From Macrostomum hystrix (taxonomy: Eukaryota; Animalia; Platyhelminthes): a DNA stretch of 64,000 nt. The position numbers were made by a program, and so were the translations under genes. The stretch covers positions 4,960,001 through 5,024,000 of the forward strand of contig CATNEN010000024.1 of the NCBI GenBank assembly GCA_950097015.1. Direction: 5' to 3'. Under the pieces are notes generated by a model. The model was given only the letters and a program-made list of their open reading frames with translations. It made no database searches and had not been told where the DNA came from. Of the stretch, positions 25,001-37,300 are shown in pieces. Position 1 is the stretch's first letter. Every line of letters begins with the position of its first letter.

Positions 25001-25037
25001 CCAGCTGGGCAAAGTCCAACGATGGATTGTCCGCCAT
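22007..25037 (-). CDS. Class I SAM-dependent methyltransferase, ToxA (toxoflavin N-methyltransferase)-like
   Basis: complement(join(22007..22279,22850..23027,24721..25037)), GT/AG and phases consistent (2, 0), 255 aa from ATG 25037; an in-frame ATG at 25109 is possible. Motif I VLDLGCGWG, acidic ATDAS, FDLIVANFLL, ALKPGG, and C-terminal YRSALLAAGF...PGFW resembling recalled ToxA. Confidence 0.85.
22450..22710. repeat. Intronic 19-nt polypyrimidine minisatellite (CCACCTCCCCTCCTTCTCT)n
   Basis: Almost pure C/T on the + strand; methyltransferase intron 2. Confidence 0.9.
24170..24660. repeat. Intronic 26-nt then 24-nt related arrays (GGATTATAAATGGGATTCCAGGAATC; GGATTGTAAATGGGATTCCTAAAA)
   Basis: Methyltransferase intron 1; two related units in succession. 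Confidence 0.88.
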
Positions 25038-25894
25038 CTGGCGAAGGTTGTTCTGGATTAGCAGGGCCGTGTGGCGCAACAGGCAAGCAGGCCGGACTAG
25101 GCAGCGCATGGAGCACTTGCGAGTCCGAGCTCTCCTTCGATAGCCACAGATTCTTTATAGTTCTAAGAATGGATTGCTTGGGTTGGTTGCGACTAAGCGA
25201 CACGTGACCTTTAGGGAGGAGGTTGGGAAGGGCCGTCTGAATTTTTCTGTTTCCTTGTCGGGCCAAGCGGCGAGGGGCGGGCGCAAATTGTAGGCATTAG
25301 AAAAAGAGAAGTAGCTGGTTCACTCTCCATTGCGGGGAGGCTGGGGTGGGGGCCCATTTTTAATATTGCAGGCCTTGGGACGACAACCTCTACCTCCGCC
25401 ATGAGGGTCTCTAGCTCAATTAGAAACGAAAAAACTAATGAATTTTTTCAGCTGCTGAAATTTCAGCTCCGAGCGGCAGCCAATCCGAGTGCACCGAGTA
25501 AACTTTCTCTGGCGGAGGGGGAGGGGTTGGGGCGACTTTAGCGGCAAACATCCGAGACTCCCAACGAGGTGGCCAGGTTGGGGAGGTGGGCCATTCATGG
25601 GCGGACCGGTTTTATCAACCGCGTGGGGTCGTCGGGTGCGCGCACTTTTTGGACGGGGCACAAACACACCGAATTAAGATGCACTTGTTTATTACACTAG
25701 CAGATCAATTAACTGTTGCACCTTTGTTCAGCCAGCCGAGATAAGAGTTCTTCAACCAAGGCTGGCGACCTTAAACCTATTTTAAGCAATTTAATTTCGC
25801 CTCCAGATAAAACTTTTGTCTTCGCACTGTTTAAAACGGAAATAAATAAATAATAAATTAGCTCAAATTTTAGCTGCCCTTATAATAGACGTAA

Positions 25895-27900
25895 AAAGGC
25901 TTAGCGGCCCTTTTAAAAACCGGGACAGGCTTAGCGGCCCTTTTAAAAACCGAGAAAGGATTAGCGGCCCTTTTCTGAAATGTGGAAGGATTAGCGGCCC
26001 CTTTAAGAATCGATAAAGGATTAGCGCCCTTTTCTGAAACGGGGAAGGATTAGCGGCCCCTTTAAGAACCGATAAAGGATTAGCGGCCCTTTTCTGAAAC
26101 GGGGAAGGATTAGCGGCCCCTTTAAGAATCGATAAAGGATTAGCGGCCCTTTTCTGAAACGGGGAAGGATTAGCGGCCTCTTTAAGAATCGATAAAGGAT
26201 TAGCGGCCCTTTTCTGAAACGGGGAAGGATTAGCAGCCCCTTTAAGAATCGATAAAGGATTAACGGCCTCTTTAAGAATCGATAAAGGATTAGCGGCCCT
26301 TTTCTTAAACGGGGAAGGATTAGCAGCCCCTTTTAAGAACCGATAAAGGATTAGCGGCCTCTTTAAGAATCGATAAATGATTAGCGGCCCTTTTCTGAAA
26401 CGGGGAAGGATTAGCGGCCCCTTTAAGAATCGATAAAGGATTAGCGGCCCTTTTCTGAAACGGGGAAGGATTAGCAGCCCCTTTAAGAACCGATAAAGGA
26501 TTAGCGGCCTCTTTAAGAATCGATAAAGGATTAGCGGCCGTTTTCTGAAACGGGGAAGGATTAGCAGCCCCTTTAAGAATCGATAAAGGATTAACGGCCT
26601 CTTTAAGAATCGATAAATGATTAGCGGCCCTTTTCTGAAACGGGGAAGGATTAGCAGCCCCTTTAAGAACCGATAAAGGATTAGCGGCCCTTTTCTGAAA
26701 CGGGGAAGGATTAGCAGCCTCTTTAAGAACCGATAAAGGATTAGCGGCCTCTTTAAGAATCGATAAAGGATTAGCGGCCGTTTTCTGAAACGGGGAAGGA
26801 TTAGCGGCCCCTTTAAGAATCGATAAATGATTAGCGGCCCTTTTCTGAAACGGGGAAGGATTAGCAGCCCCTTTAAGAACCGATAAAGGATTAGCGGCCC
26901 TTTTCTGAAACGGGGAAGGATTAGCAGCCCCTTTAAGAACCGATAAAGGATTAGCGGCCTCTTTAAGAATCGATAAAGGATTAGCGGCCGTTTTCTGAAA
27001 CGGGGAAGGATTAGCGGCCCCTTTAAGAATCGATAAAGGATTAGCGGCCCTTTTCTGAAACGAGGAAGGATTAGCAGCCCCTTTAAGAACCGATAAAGGA
27101 TTAGCGGCCTCTTTAAGAATCGATAAAGGATTAGTGGCCCTTTTCTGAAACGGGGAAGGATTAGCAGCCCCTTTAAGAACCGATAAAGGATTAGCGGCCT
27201 CTTTAAGAATCGATAAAGGATTAGCGGCCCTTTTCTGAAACGGGGAAGGATTAGCAGCCCCTTTAAGAACCGATAAAGGATTAGCGGCCCTTTTCTGAAA
27301 CGGGAAAGGATTAGCAGCCCCTTTAAGAATCGATAAAGGATTAACGGCCTCTTTAACAATTGATAAAGGATTAACGGCCTCTTTAAGAATCGATAAAGGA
27401 TTAGCGGCCCTTTTCTGAAACGAGGAAGGATTAGCAGCCCCTTTAAGAACCGAGAAAGGATTGGCGGCCCTTTTCTGAAACGAGGAAGGATTAGCGGCCC
27501 CTTTAAAAACAGAGAAAGGATTAGCGGCCCTTTTCTGAAATGTGGAAGGATTAGCGGCCCCTTTAAGAATCGATAAAGGATTAGCGGCCCTTTTCTGAAA
27601 CGGGAAAGGATTAGCAGCCCCTTTAAGAATCGATAAAGGATTAACGGCCTCTTTAACAATTGATAAAGGATTAACGGCCTCTTTAAGAATCGATAAAGGA
27701 TTAGCGGCCCTTTTCTGAAACGAGGAAGGATTAGCGGCCCCTTTAAGAATCGATAAAGGATTAACGGCGTCTTTAAGAATCGATAAAGGATTAACGGCCG
27801 CTTTAAGAATCGATAAAGGATTAGCGGCCCTTTTAAGAACCGGCAAAGGATTAGCGCCCCATTTAGGAATCCGGGAAGGATAAGCAGCCCAATTTAAGAA
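25895..27900. repeat. Satellite of two alternating 30-nt monomers sharing AAGGATTAGCGGCC
   Basis: About 2-kb array; monomer A ...TTTTCTGAAACGGGG, monomer B ...CTTTAAGAATCGATA. Confidence 0.96.
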
Positions 27901-28809
27901 CAGGGTAAGAATTAACGACCCCTTTAATAATCAGGAAAACATTAGCGACTCAATAGATAACTAGGGAATGACTAAAGAGGCAGAGGGGCTGCTAAATGAG
28001 TATTAGGTAGTCCCTGCAGAGGCAATATAAAACGGTGAAGGGATTAGACCCTATTAACGGTCTAATACCATGGTACTTTCCAGATAGCTTCTCAGATAGA
28101 CGTTTTGTTTGATAAAAGTTTTTTTGAGAGAGACGTACAGAGACTAAAAATTTAAGTTGGTTGGCTATTAGGCAAAAGTACTTTTTTAGTTGGTAACACA
28201 ACCCGAGAGCATGCATGCTTTACCGAAAATTCAAAGCAACTCTGCGGCGATAACGGAACGTTTCATTAAAAATATGCTTTTGTCATATCGGATTTGAGTT
28301 TCGAGTGACTCAAAATCAGATTCTACGAATATATAGACTACACTATCAAACAAAAAATATTGCATTTGCACTTTTCCCTGCATGCAGTTCTCTTCTGTAG
28401 AAGCTTCTTTAAATCTTTCACTCCGTAGTAATATAATGTGTCAGTGCAGCAACTGTTAACAATTTATAAGCATTCAAATTCCAACTGCTAATAAAAAAGT
28501 GACAACTTTGTAAAATAATTTTTTTCAATTTCAAAATGCTTTCCAATGCTGATTAAATCTAGAATCTAATGAAGCATAAGTTTATAATGTTGTCACCTGC
28601 AATAAAAGTACAAATCTTTCCCAAAGAGTTTCCCAAGCATGCCCGCATGGTCTGACTTGGGCGCCCTAAAATTGAATCGAATGCTTCTCTTGTCAATGTA
28701 GGAATTCAAAGGTCAAAAGACAAGCGTAAAATGTCATAACTCAAAGTTAAATGATGCTCCGTACATGTTTATATAACCTACGAGAGTACGAGCTACATTG
28801 CAAATTTAA

Positions 28810-29700
28810 GGTGTAACTAATTTGAGCATAATCTACGGAGGTCTACTTATATGGGCAATATGTATGGATGTGTACTAATTTGAGCACAAAGGTCAGAGGT
28901 GTACTAATTTGAGCATAGAGGTCGGAGGCGTACTAATTTGAGCATAATGTACAGAGGCGTACTAATTTGAGCATAATGTACAGAGGTGTACTAATTTAAT
29001 CATTATGTACAGAGGCGTACTAATTTAATCATTATGTACAGAGGCGTACTAATTTAATCATAATGTACAGAGGCGTACTAATTTGAGCATAATGTACAGA
29101 GGCGTACTAATTTATTCATGATGTACAGAGGTGTACTAATTTAATCATGATGCACAGAGGCGTACTAATTTGAGCATAATGTACAGAGGCGTACTAATTG
29201 AATCATGATGTACAGAGGCGTACTAATTTAATCATAATGAACAGAGGCGGACTAATTAAATCATAATGTACAGAGGCGTACTAATTTAATCATAATGTAC
29301 AGAGGCGTACTAATTTGAGCATAATGTACAGAGGCGTACTAATTTAATCATGATGTACAGAGGTGTACTACTTTAATCATAATGTACAGAGGCGTACTAA
29401 TTTGAGCATAATGTACAGAGGTGTACTAATTTAATCATTATGTACAGAGGCGTACTAATTTGAGCATAATGTACAGAGGCGTACTAATTTAATCATAATG
29501 TGCAGAGGTGTACTAATTTAATCATGATGTACAGAGGCGTACTAATTTAATCATAATGTGCAGAGGTGTACTAATTTGAGCATTATGTACCTAGGTGTAC
29601 CTATAGGAGCATTATGTACGGAGGCGTACTAATTTGAGCATAAAAATGTGCAGATGTACTAATGTGAACATAATAATGTGCAGGGGGACTAATGAGTATA
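28810..29700. repeat. 29-nt minisatellite (GTACAGAGGCGTACTAATTTGAGCATAAT)n
   Basis: Homogeneous core with degenerate edges. Confidence 0.93.
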
Positions 29701-29904
29701 TTAATATGCACGTATACTAACAAGCGAAATCCCGTGTGTAAATACTCGTAGTTTAAATAAAATAGTTAAATCATTTTAATGCTCATTTTAGTGCCATTGA
29801 GCATCATCATTAAAATATTTACTAATGAGCACAATTATGTGTGGATACCGGTATACTAATTAGCAAAATCACTTGAAGGATGTACATATCAGTATAATGA
29901 TATA

Positions 29905-30228
29905 ATAATAATAATAACAATAATTGATTACACCTGCCCCAATTGGGTCAGATGTGCAGCCGACAGCACAGCCGCAGCTAATGCGCGGCGCATCTGAAGG
30001 CTGCGTACAGCTGTTCAGTCCATGGACTGGGGGGACGCCACACCCACCTTCAATTATCCCAGCTGCTGCTGGTACCCATTTAACAGCTGGGTGAACTGAA
30101 GCAATGCAGAGTTAAGTGTCTTGCTAAAGGACACAAATTGTTCAGTGGAGTCGGGAATCGAACCCCCGACCTTCAAGTCGTGAGTCCGACGCCCTAACCA
30201 CTAGGCTACAACCTCTGCTTAGAGGTTG
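29905..30228 (-). mobile_element. tRNA-derived SINE with conserved central domain, (TTA)n tail and 11-bp target-site duplication
   Basis: Minus strand: A box TAGCCTAGTGGTTAGG, B box GGTTCGATTCC, central TGTGTCCTTTAGCAAGACACTTAAC...CACCCAGCTGTTAAATGGGTACC (CORE/Meta/V-type SINE domain by recollection), TTA tail. ATAATGATATA lies at both 29894..29904 and 30229..30239. Confidence 0.82.
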
Positions 30229-31074
30229 ATAATGATATACAGGTGTACTAGCTAGCACATGGATGTTCAGATGTACAAATTCAATATGCTGCGTGCACTT
30301 TTCAGCAAGCAAGGGCTACATTGACTGAGAAAGCCCATACTGATCGTAACTGTGTGTTTCGCAGAAATTCAAACAAAAGTATTCCTTCCCACGTACTCGA
30401 CAGCTGAGCATATTACACTAAAGAAGTGACTCTAGCGTCACGTGCTATTACAGTACGTCTCTAAAATACCTACGGGAGGTCATTGCATTTTATCAGAGCC
30501 GCACCATTGTACTATCATGGATCCGTTTAAAAGTACTTTAGTACGCATCGGGTTGCCATTACCAACTCCCACGACTCCCTCAACAAGTGTGTAATAGTGC
30601 AAGCGGCTCACAAGAGTGTGCTGTATTAAAAAAATTCTCAGTTCGATAAGAGGTCGGGGAGGTTGGTTGTTAAGCAAAAACCGCAGCCAACCAGCAAAGA
30701 ATACTTTCAACACCAAAAGCCTATCTGAATTGCGCCAGTGAATTTGAATATGGGGAGACTACAATGTCGGAAAGTTGAAAGTTCAGAGATAAGTACAATT
30801 TTGCTTTATGGAATCCTCTCTGTATAAATCGCGACTTCCCATGGCGAAATTCCACCATACCATGCTAGAAATTTTGGACTTGAAATATAGTACAGGCAAG
30901 GGCATACAAACTTTATAATAGTACATACTGTGCAGAGAATAATTTGAGACAAAACTAGCTAGACACAAGCTGCTTTCTGCGGGACAAAACTAGGTAAAAA
31001 AAACCTGCTTGTGCGAATTCCATTCCACGGGTTGTGAAAGCATTTTAGCTGCAGCATTATTTATGAATTGCATC

Positions 31075-31370
31075 TTGTAGGATGAGAGTTGCGATTGTGT
31101 GAAATCTCACCCTCTGCATCTTGCAGTATGAGAGTTGCATTGGTGTGAAATCTCACCCTCTGCATCTGGCAGTATGAGAGTTGCATTTGTGTGAAATCTC
31201 ACCCTCTGCATCTGGCAGCATGAGAGTTGCATTGGTGTGAAATCTCACCCTCTGCATCTGGCAGTATGAAAGTTGCATTGGTGTGAAATCTCACCCTCTG
31301 CATCTTGTAGGATGAGAGTTGCATTGGTGTGAAATCTCACCCTCTGCATCTGGCAGTATGAGAGTTGAAT
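31075..31370. repeat. 46-nt tandem repeat (GAGAGTTGCATTGGTGTGAAATCTCACCCTCTGCATCTGGCAGTAT)n
   Basis: About 6 copies. Confidence 0.9.
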
Positions 31371-31837
31371 ATGTTCGCCCTCGAGTGGCCACGGGACCCA
31401 GAGCAGGACTGCAGACGTTCTCCAAGTTTACTTTACTTTTAAATTAAAAAAACAGTAATCAGCCAAAATATGTAAATTTAAATTTTAACAATTTTTAACG
31501 TAGTTTATTTAAACTGCATAAAATGCAACGATTTTTATGCGAAATTTGAGACAATAAACTACAGAATAAACCATATTTACAGTTAGAAACAAAACGCTCG
31601 CACAGGAAAGAATAAGAGTATAGAGATCAAACTATTTTAAAAAGCTAGAAAATATAAAATGCTAATTTGTGCGCTGCGGAAGGACCATAATTTGTGACAG
31701 ATGGGGAACACTGCAATTTTATGGCACTGCTAATCCGCTTTTAGCAAACTACGAGTATCAATAGCTAATAACTATAATGTGAGAAAGATAACTTAAGGCA
31801 CACCAACAACTGCCAGTTGACTCACAAATACAACAAG

Positions 31838-33655
31838 TGACAGACACACAGGCACAGTCTGATAACTGGTTGGAGTGTGACAGACACACAGAGACAGTCT
31901 GATCACTGGTTGGAGTGTGACAGACACACAGGCACAGTCTGATAACTGGTTGGAGTGTGACAGACACACAGAGACAGTCTGATCACTGGTTGGAGTGTGA
32001 CAGACACACAGTCACAGTCTGATAACTGGTTGGAGTGTGACAGACACACAGGCACAGTCTGATCACTGGTTGGAGTGTGACAGACACACAGGCACAGTCT
32101 GATAACTGGTTGGAGTGTGACAGACACACAGGCACAGTCTGATCACTGGTTGGAGTGTGACAGACACACAGGCACAGTCTGATAACTGGTTGGAGTGTGA
32201 CAGACACACAGGCACAGTCTGATCACTGGTTGGAGTGTGACAGACACACAGGCACAGTCTGATAACTGGTTGGAGTGTGACAGACACACAGGCACAGTCT
32301 GATCACTGGTTGGAGTGTGACAGACACACAGGCACAGTCTGATCACTGGTTGGAGTGTGACAGACACACAGGCACAGTCTGATCACTGGTTGGAGTGTGA
32401 CAGACACACAGGCACAGTCTGATCACTGGTTGGAGTGTGACAGACACACAGACACAGTCTGATAACTGGTTGGAGTGTGACAGACGCACAGGCACAGTCT
32501 GATCACTGGTTGGAGTGTGACAGACACACAGGCACAGTCTGATAACTGGTTGGAGTGACAGACACACAGGCACAGTCTGATCACTGGTTGGAGTGTGACA
32601 GACACACAGGCACAGTCTGATCACTGGTTGGAGTGTGACAGACACACAGGCACAGTCTGATCACTGGTTGGAGTGTGACAGACACACAGGCACAGTCTGA
32701 TCACTGGTTGGAGTGTGACAGACACACAGACACAGTCTGATAACTGGTTGGAGTGTGACAGACGCACAGGCACAGTCTGATCACTGGTTGGAGTGTGACA
32801 GACACACAGGCACAGTCTGATAACTGGTTGGAGTGACAGACACACAGGCACAGTCTGATCACTGGTTGGAGTGTGACAGACACACAGGCACAGTCTGATC
32901 ACTGGTTGGAGTGTGACAGACACACAGGCACAGTCTGATCACTGGTTGGAGTGTGACAGACACACAGGCACAGTCTGATAACTGGTTGGAGTGTGACAGA
33001 CGCACAGGCACAGTCTGATAACTGGTTGGAGTGTGACAGACACACAGGCACAGTCTGATCACTGGTTGGAGTGTGACAGACACACAGGCACAGTCTGATA
33101 ACTGGTTGGAGTGACAGACACACAGGCACAGTCTGATCACTGGTTGGAGTGTGACAGACACACAGGCACAGTCTGATCACTGGTTGGAGTGTGACAGACA
33201 CACAGGCACAGTCTGATCACTGGTTGGAGTGTGACAGACACACAGGCACAGTCTGATCACTGGTTGGAGTGTGACAGACACACAGACACAGTCTGATAAC
33301 TGGTTGGAGTGTGACAGACGCACAGGCACAGTCTGATAACTGGTTGGAGTGTGACAGACACACAGGCACAGTCTGATCACTGGTTGGAGTGTGACAGACA
33401 CACAGGCACAGTCTGATCACTGGTTGGAGTGTGACAGACACACAGGCACAGTCTGATCACTGGTTGGAGTGTGACAGACACACAGGCACAGTCTGATCAC
33501 TGGTTGGAGTGTGACAGACACACAGGCACAGTCTGATAACAGGTTGGAGTGTGACAGACGCACAGGCACAGTCTGATCACTGGTTGGAGTGTGACAGACG
33601 CACAGGCACAGTCTGATAACAGGTTCGAGTGTGACAGACACACAGGAACAGTCTG
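31838..33655. repeat. 40-nt satellite (GTGACAGACACACAGGCACAGTCTGATAACTGGTTGGAGT)n
   Basis: About 45 copies with GATAAC/GATCAC variants and occasional 38-nt units. Confidence 0.97.
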
Positions 33656-34332
33656 AGAACAATAAAATATTTGTGAAGCATAAAAGACATTGTTATTACG
33701 TAAGGCAAGATAAAAATATAGTTGACTAATATATCAATAAGAATAGTTTCATATACCTAAGTTGCTGCAAAGTACGCTAATAACTAAAAAAAATGGAAGA
33801 GAAACGCTACTCAACAGTCATGATCAGTCTAACACAGAATAATCGAACAATTACAAAAAGGCAAACTATTCATAAATAGTCTTCCTATTCTCAAAGAAGT
33901 GCTCACGTCCTAACGCTAATAAAACTGCACTTGCGGCTTATTGAATTTTAGCCACAGCCGCTAATTGTGACGCATATTTTGAGTCCATTAAGCTGACGAC
34001 TCAAACTAAAAAATTACTGACAAGGGGAGAAGAACTTTTGGAGTTTAGTAGCAATTACTAGCTGAAGTTAAAATGACATCTGCGCACAATGGGTCCAAAA
34101 AATAAAATTCTGTTTTGGGAAGTTCAGTTGGACAGCTGGATTGGCTAAGGCTTGACTAGCTATTGAAAATGTCATCGATTAGCTTCTCAAATTACAATAG
34201 ATTAGCGATCCCTAATGGGGATAGATTAGCAATCCATTATGGGGATAGATTAGCAATCCATTATGGGGATAGATTAGCAATCCATTATGGGGATAGATTA
34301 GCAATCCACATGAGCAATCACATTGTCATATG

Positions 34333-37300
34333 TCAGCGCCTGGCAGAGTGCCGCTTAGAAGGACTGCTGCCACCGCCACTGCCACCGCCACTGCGGCCGC
34401 CACAACCGTCGCCGTCATCAGCTGGCTGCTGCTGCTGCTGCTGCTGTTGTTGTCTGATGGAGCGGCGCAGCTCAAGGCCGCCTGGGCGGAAGCTACCAGA
34501 TGACTGCGAGTCGCCAGTAGACGGAGTGAATCTAGCCAGCTGCGACAGTCGGCCGCTACTGCCACCGCCGCCGTCATCAACTGGGACGCTGGAACTTTTA
34601 AAATCGGCTAGCGCCCGGCGAAGCTTCTGCGCGTCGTCCAAAGTCATGCCGGGACCGTTAGGCCAGCTGGCGATGAGGCTGGCGGTCCTCATCCTGGCTA
34701 GCTGTGCTGTCTGGCTGCAGCCGAGCTTTGCAAAGTGCCCGGAGTAGCGCGTTAAACCAAGCATTTCTAGGACATGGCCGACGTCAGCTGGGTAGAGCTG
34801 CCTCGGCTGCTGCTGCTGCTGACCGTCCTCTAGATCTTCGAGACTGACTCCAACTGTCTCCGTGCTGAGAGTGTCCAATCGCGGCCGCTGCGACGGAGGC
34901 GGAGCCGCAGCCAGGTTGTCCGATTCCTGAGGGACAGAGCAAGAAAACAGTGAGCAAGACCAAAAGTGAAGCATCAGGGCAGGTGAGAGCCCAACCTGAT
35001 GCATCAGGGCAGGTGAAAGCCCAACCTGATGCATCAGGGCAGGTGACAGCCCAACCTGAATCATCAAAACAGGTGAGAGCCCAACCTGAAGCATCATAAC
35101 AGGTGAGAGCCCACCCTGAAGCATCAAAACAGGTGAGAGCCCCAACCTGATGCATCAGGGCAGGTGAGAGCCCAACCTGAAGCATCAGGGCAGGTGAGAG
35201 CCTAACCTGAAGCATCAGGGCAGGTGAGAACCTAACCTGAAGAATCAGGGCAGGTGAGAGCCTAACCTGAAGAATCAGGGCAGGTGAGAACCTAACCTGA
35301 AGAATCAGGTAGGAGAGAAAGACTACAAAGACATCAGCGGCACTTACCTCTTGATTGGCAGTAGACAGTAGAATGGTCGGCTGACTAGACAGCAACGGAC
35401 GCGTGCTATCGATAGTTACAGTTGCAGTAGCAGCTGTAGCAGCAGCAGCAGCAGCAGCAGCAGTCGGTATTATCGGCAGACTGCTTAACGACGGCGACGC
35501 TATCGGCTGCGAGAAAGAAAGCCGTTGCAATGGTGACTGAGAATGCTGCGGCTGTGACAGCGGCTGTGATAGCGGCTGCGACAGCGGCTGCGACAGCGGC
35601 TGCGACAGCGGCTGTGATAGCGGCTGCGACAGCAAAAAGTCACTTAGCTGTCGCGGGCCATTGCCAGTGTAAGACGAATTCGATAGACTGCGCAACAGCT
35701 GCTGAATGGTGTCAAAGCGAGTTAGCGATGGTTGCTGGGTGAGCTGGGGCACATTCGGCTGCTGTGCGGAAAGGAACAACGGCGCGGAGAGCATCGGATC
35801 ACCCAGAAGTACGTTGCCGCTGCTTCCAGACGAGGAGCCCTGACTGCCTGTCGGCGGTTGGTTGGCCGTCACAGCGAGTATGTCCTGCTGCTGAGGCATG
35901 CAGGCCGTGCTTTTTAGCGTAGCCAGCATGCTCTGCACCAGATGGAATGTTAGGAAATTCAGGGTCGGAGACTGGCTACGGACGCGAAATTCGTTAGGAT
36001 CGTCAGCCATGTAGCACATTGTGTCGAATTGGAACGAATTAATTGCTGTCTGAGGCAGCTGCTGTTGCTGTTGCCGCTGCTGCTGTTGCTGTTCCTGCTG
36101 CTGCTGTTGCTGCGGTTGCTGCTGTTGCTGGTCCTTCTGAGGAGCCGGCAGAGGCGGGGTGTGAGCAGGCGTGCCGTCTTCAACGGAGCATCGCTTAACT
36201 CCCCTGAGTTTCGTGCTCTGGTGTCGCGTTTTCTCCAGATGTGGGCACCTGTATGGAGATTGAGAGCGGGACGGGTGCACTGGGTGACTGGAAGTCTTAT
36301 GACTGATGCACCTGGATGACTGGAAGTCTAATGACTGATGCACCTGGCTGACTGGCAGTCTAATGACTGATGCACCTGGCTGACTGGCAGTCTAATGACT
36401 GATGCACCTGGCTGACTGGCAGTCTAATGACTGATGCACCTGGCTGACTGGCAGTCTAATGACTGATGCACCTGGCTGACTGGCAGTCTAATGACTGATG
36501 CACCTGGCTGACTGGCAGTCTAATGACTGATGCACCTGGCTGACTGGCAGTCTAATGACTGATGCACCTGGCTGACTGGCAGTCTAATGACTGATGCACT
36601 GAATACAGAGTACATTAGAATAGAAATGAAACCTTACCCTATTGGAACCTATGAATGAAAGAAACCTTAAGAAACCTACCTGCCCAACTTTCTGGTGGGT
36701 GAGCTGAAGCGCAGGGGAGTTGTGTTGCTCAATGACAGATTTTTTCCATGGAGTGAGCAGTCTGTAGCTTCAAACACTGGGCATTCAGAGGCCCTGAGTG
36801 ATAGCCCCTTTAATTACCCTGGCGGACAGCCGAACTGATCCTCGGTGAATAGTTCGTAAACCTCAGCTGTCAGATCGCGATACGGCGACGCTACGGCGCG
36901 CACGCGAAAGGCGAATCGCCCGGCGACGGTCCAATTGGAAGTGCTAGGCGGAGTGGACTCCAGGCAGACTGTGACACAGATGCCGTGTTTACTATTCTTA
37001 TCCACATGCGAGCTGGGGCAGGTGATGGTCACAGGTACGTTCACCTCTGCCAGCGGCGCGTTTCCAGACGGCGGTGCGCAGTCTAGCGTCCCCAGGACGC
37101 AGTCACCGGCGCAGGTGTACACAGCATCTGGCAAGGTTATTAGCAGCGCCGAGCCGTAATGCCCCGGGTCGCCCTGCTGCGAATAGACAGAGCCTATGTT
37201 CGATGGCAGCCGGCGATTGCCGCTCCTCGAGTTGCTGCCGTCGTAGATGCCGCGGGCGTGGGCCTCGGCGCATTGGGGACACTCGAGCAGACTGTTCTGC

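Noticed and set aside
22007-25109. Bacterial contamination as the source of the ToxA-like methyltransferase
   Set aside because: It has two phase-consistent spliceosomal introns containing host-type minisatellites and is contiguous with RPB2.
25190-25700. GC-rich segment with CACGTG and CCAAT motifs as the methyltransferase promoter
   Set aside because: Position is suggestive, but such short motifs arise by chance and there is no TSS evidence.
30140-30216. tRNA gene on the minus strand
   Set aside because: A and B boxes are present but the anticodon and acceptor stems do not pair well, and it continues into a SINE body, tail and TSD.
31838-33655. CRISPR-like appearance of the 40-nt and other regular arrays
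   Set aside because: Units are head-to-tail with no unique spacers, there are no cas genes, and the context is eukaryotic.
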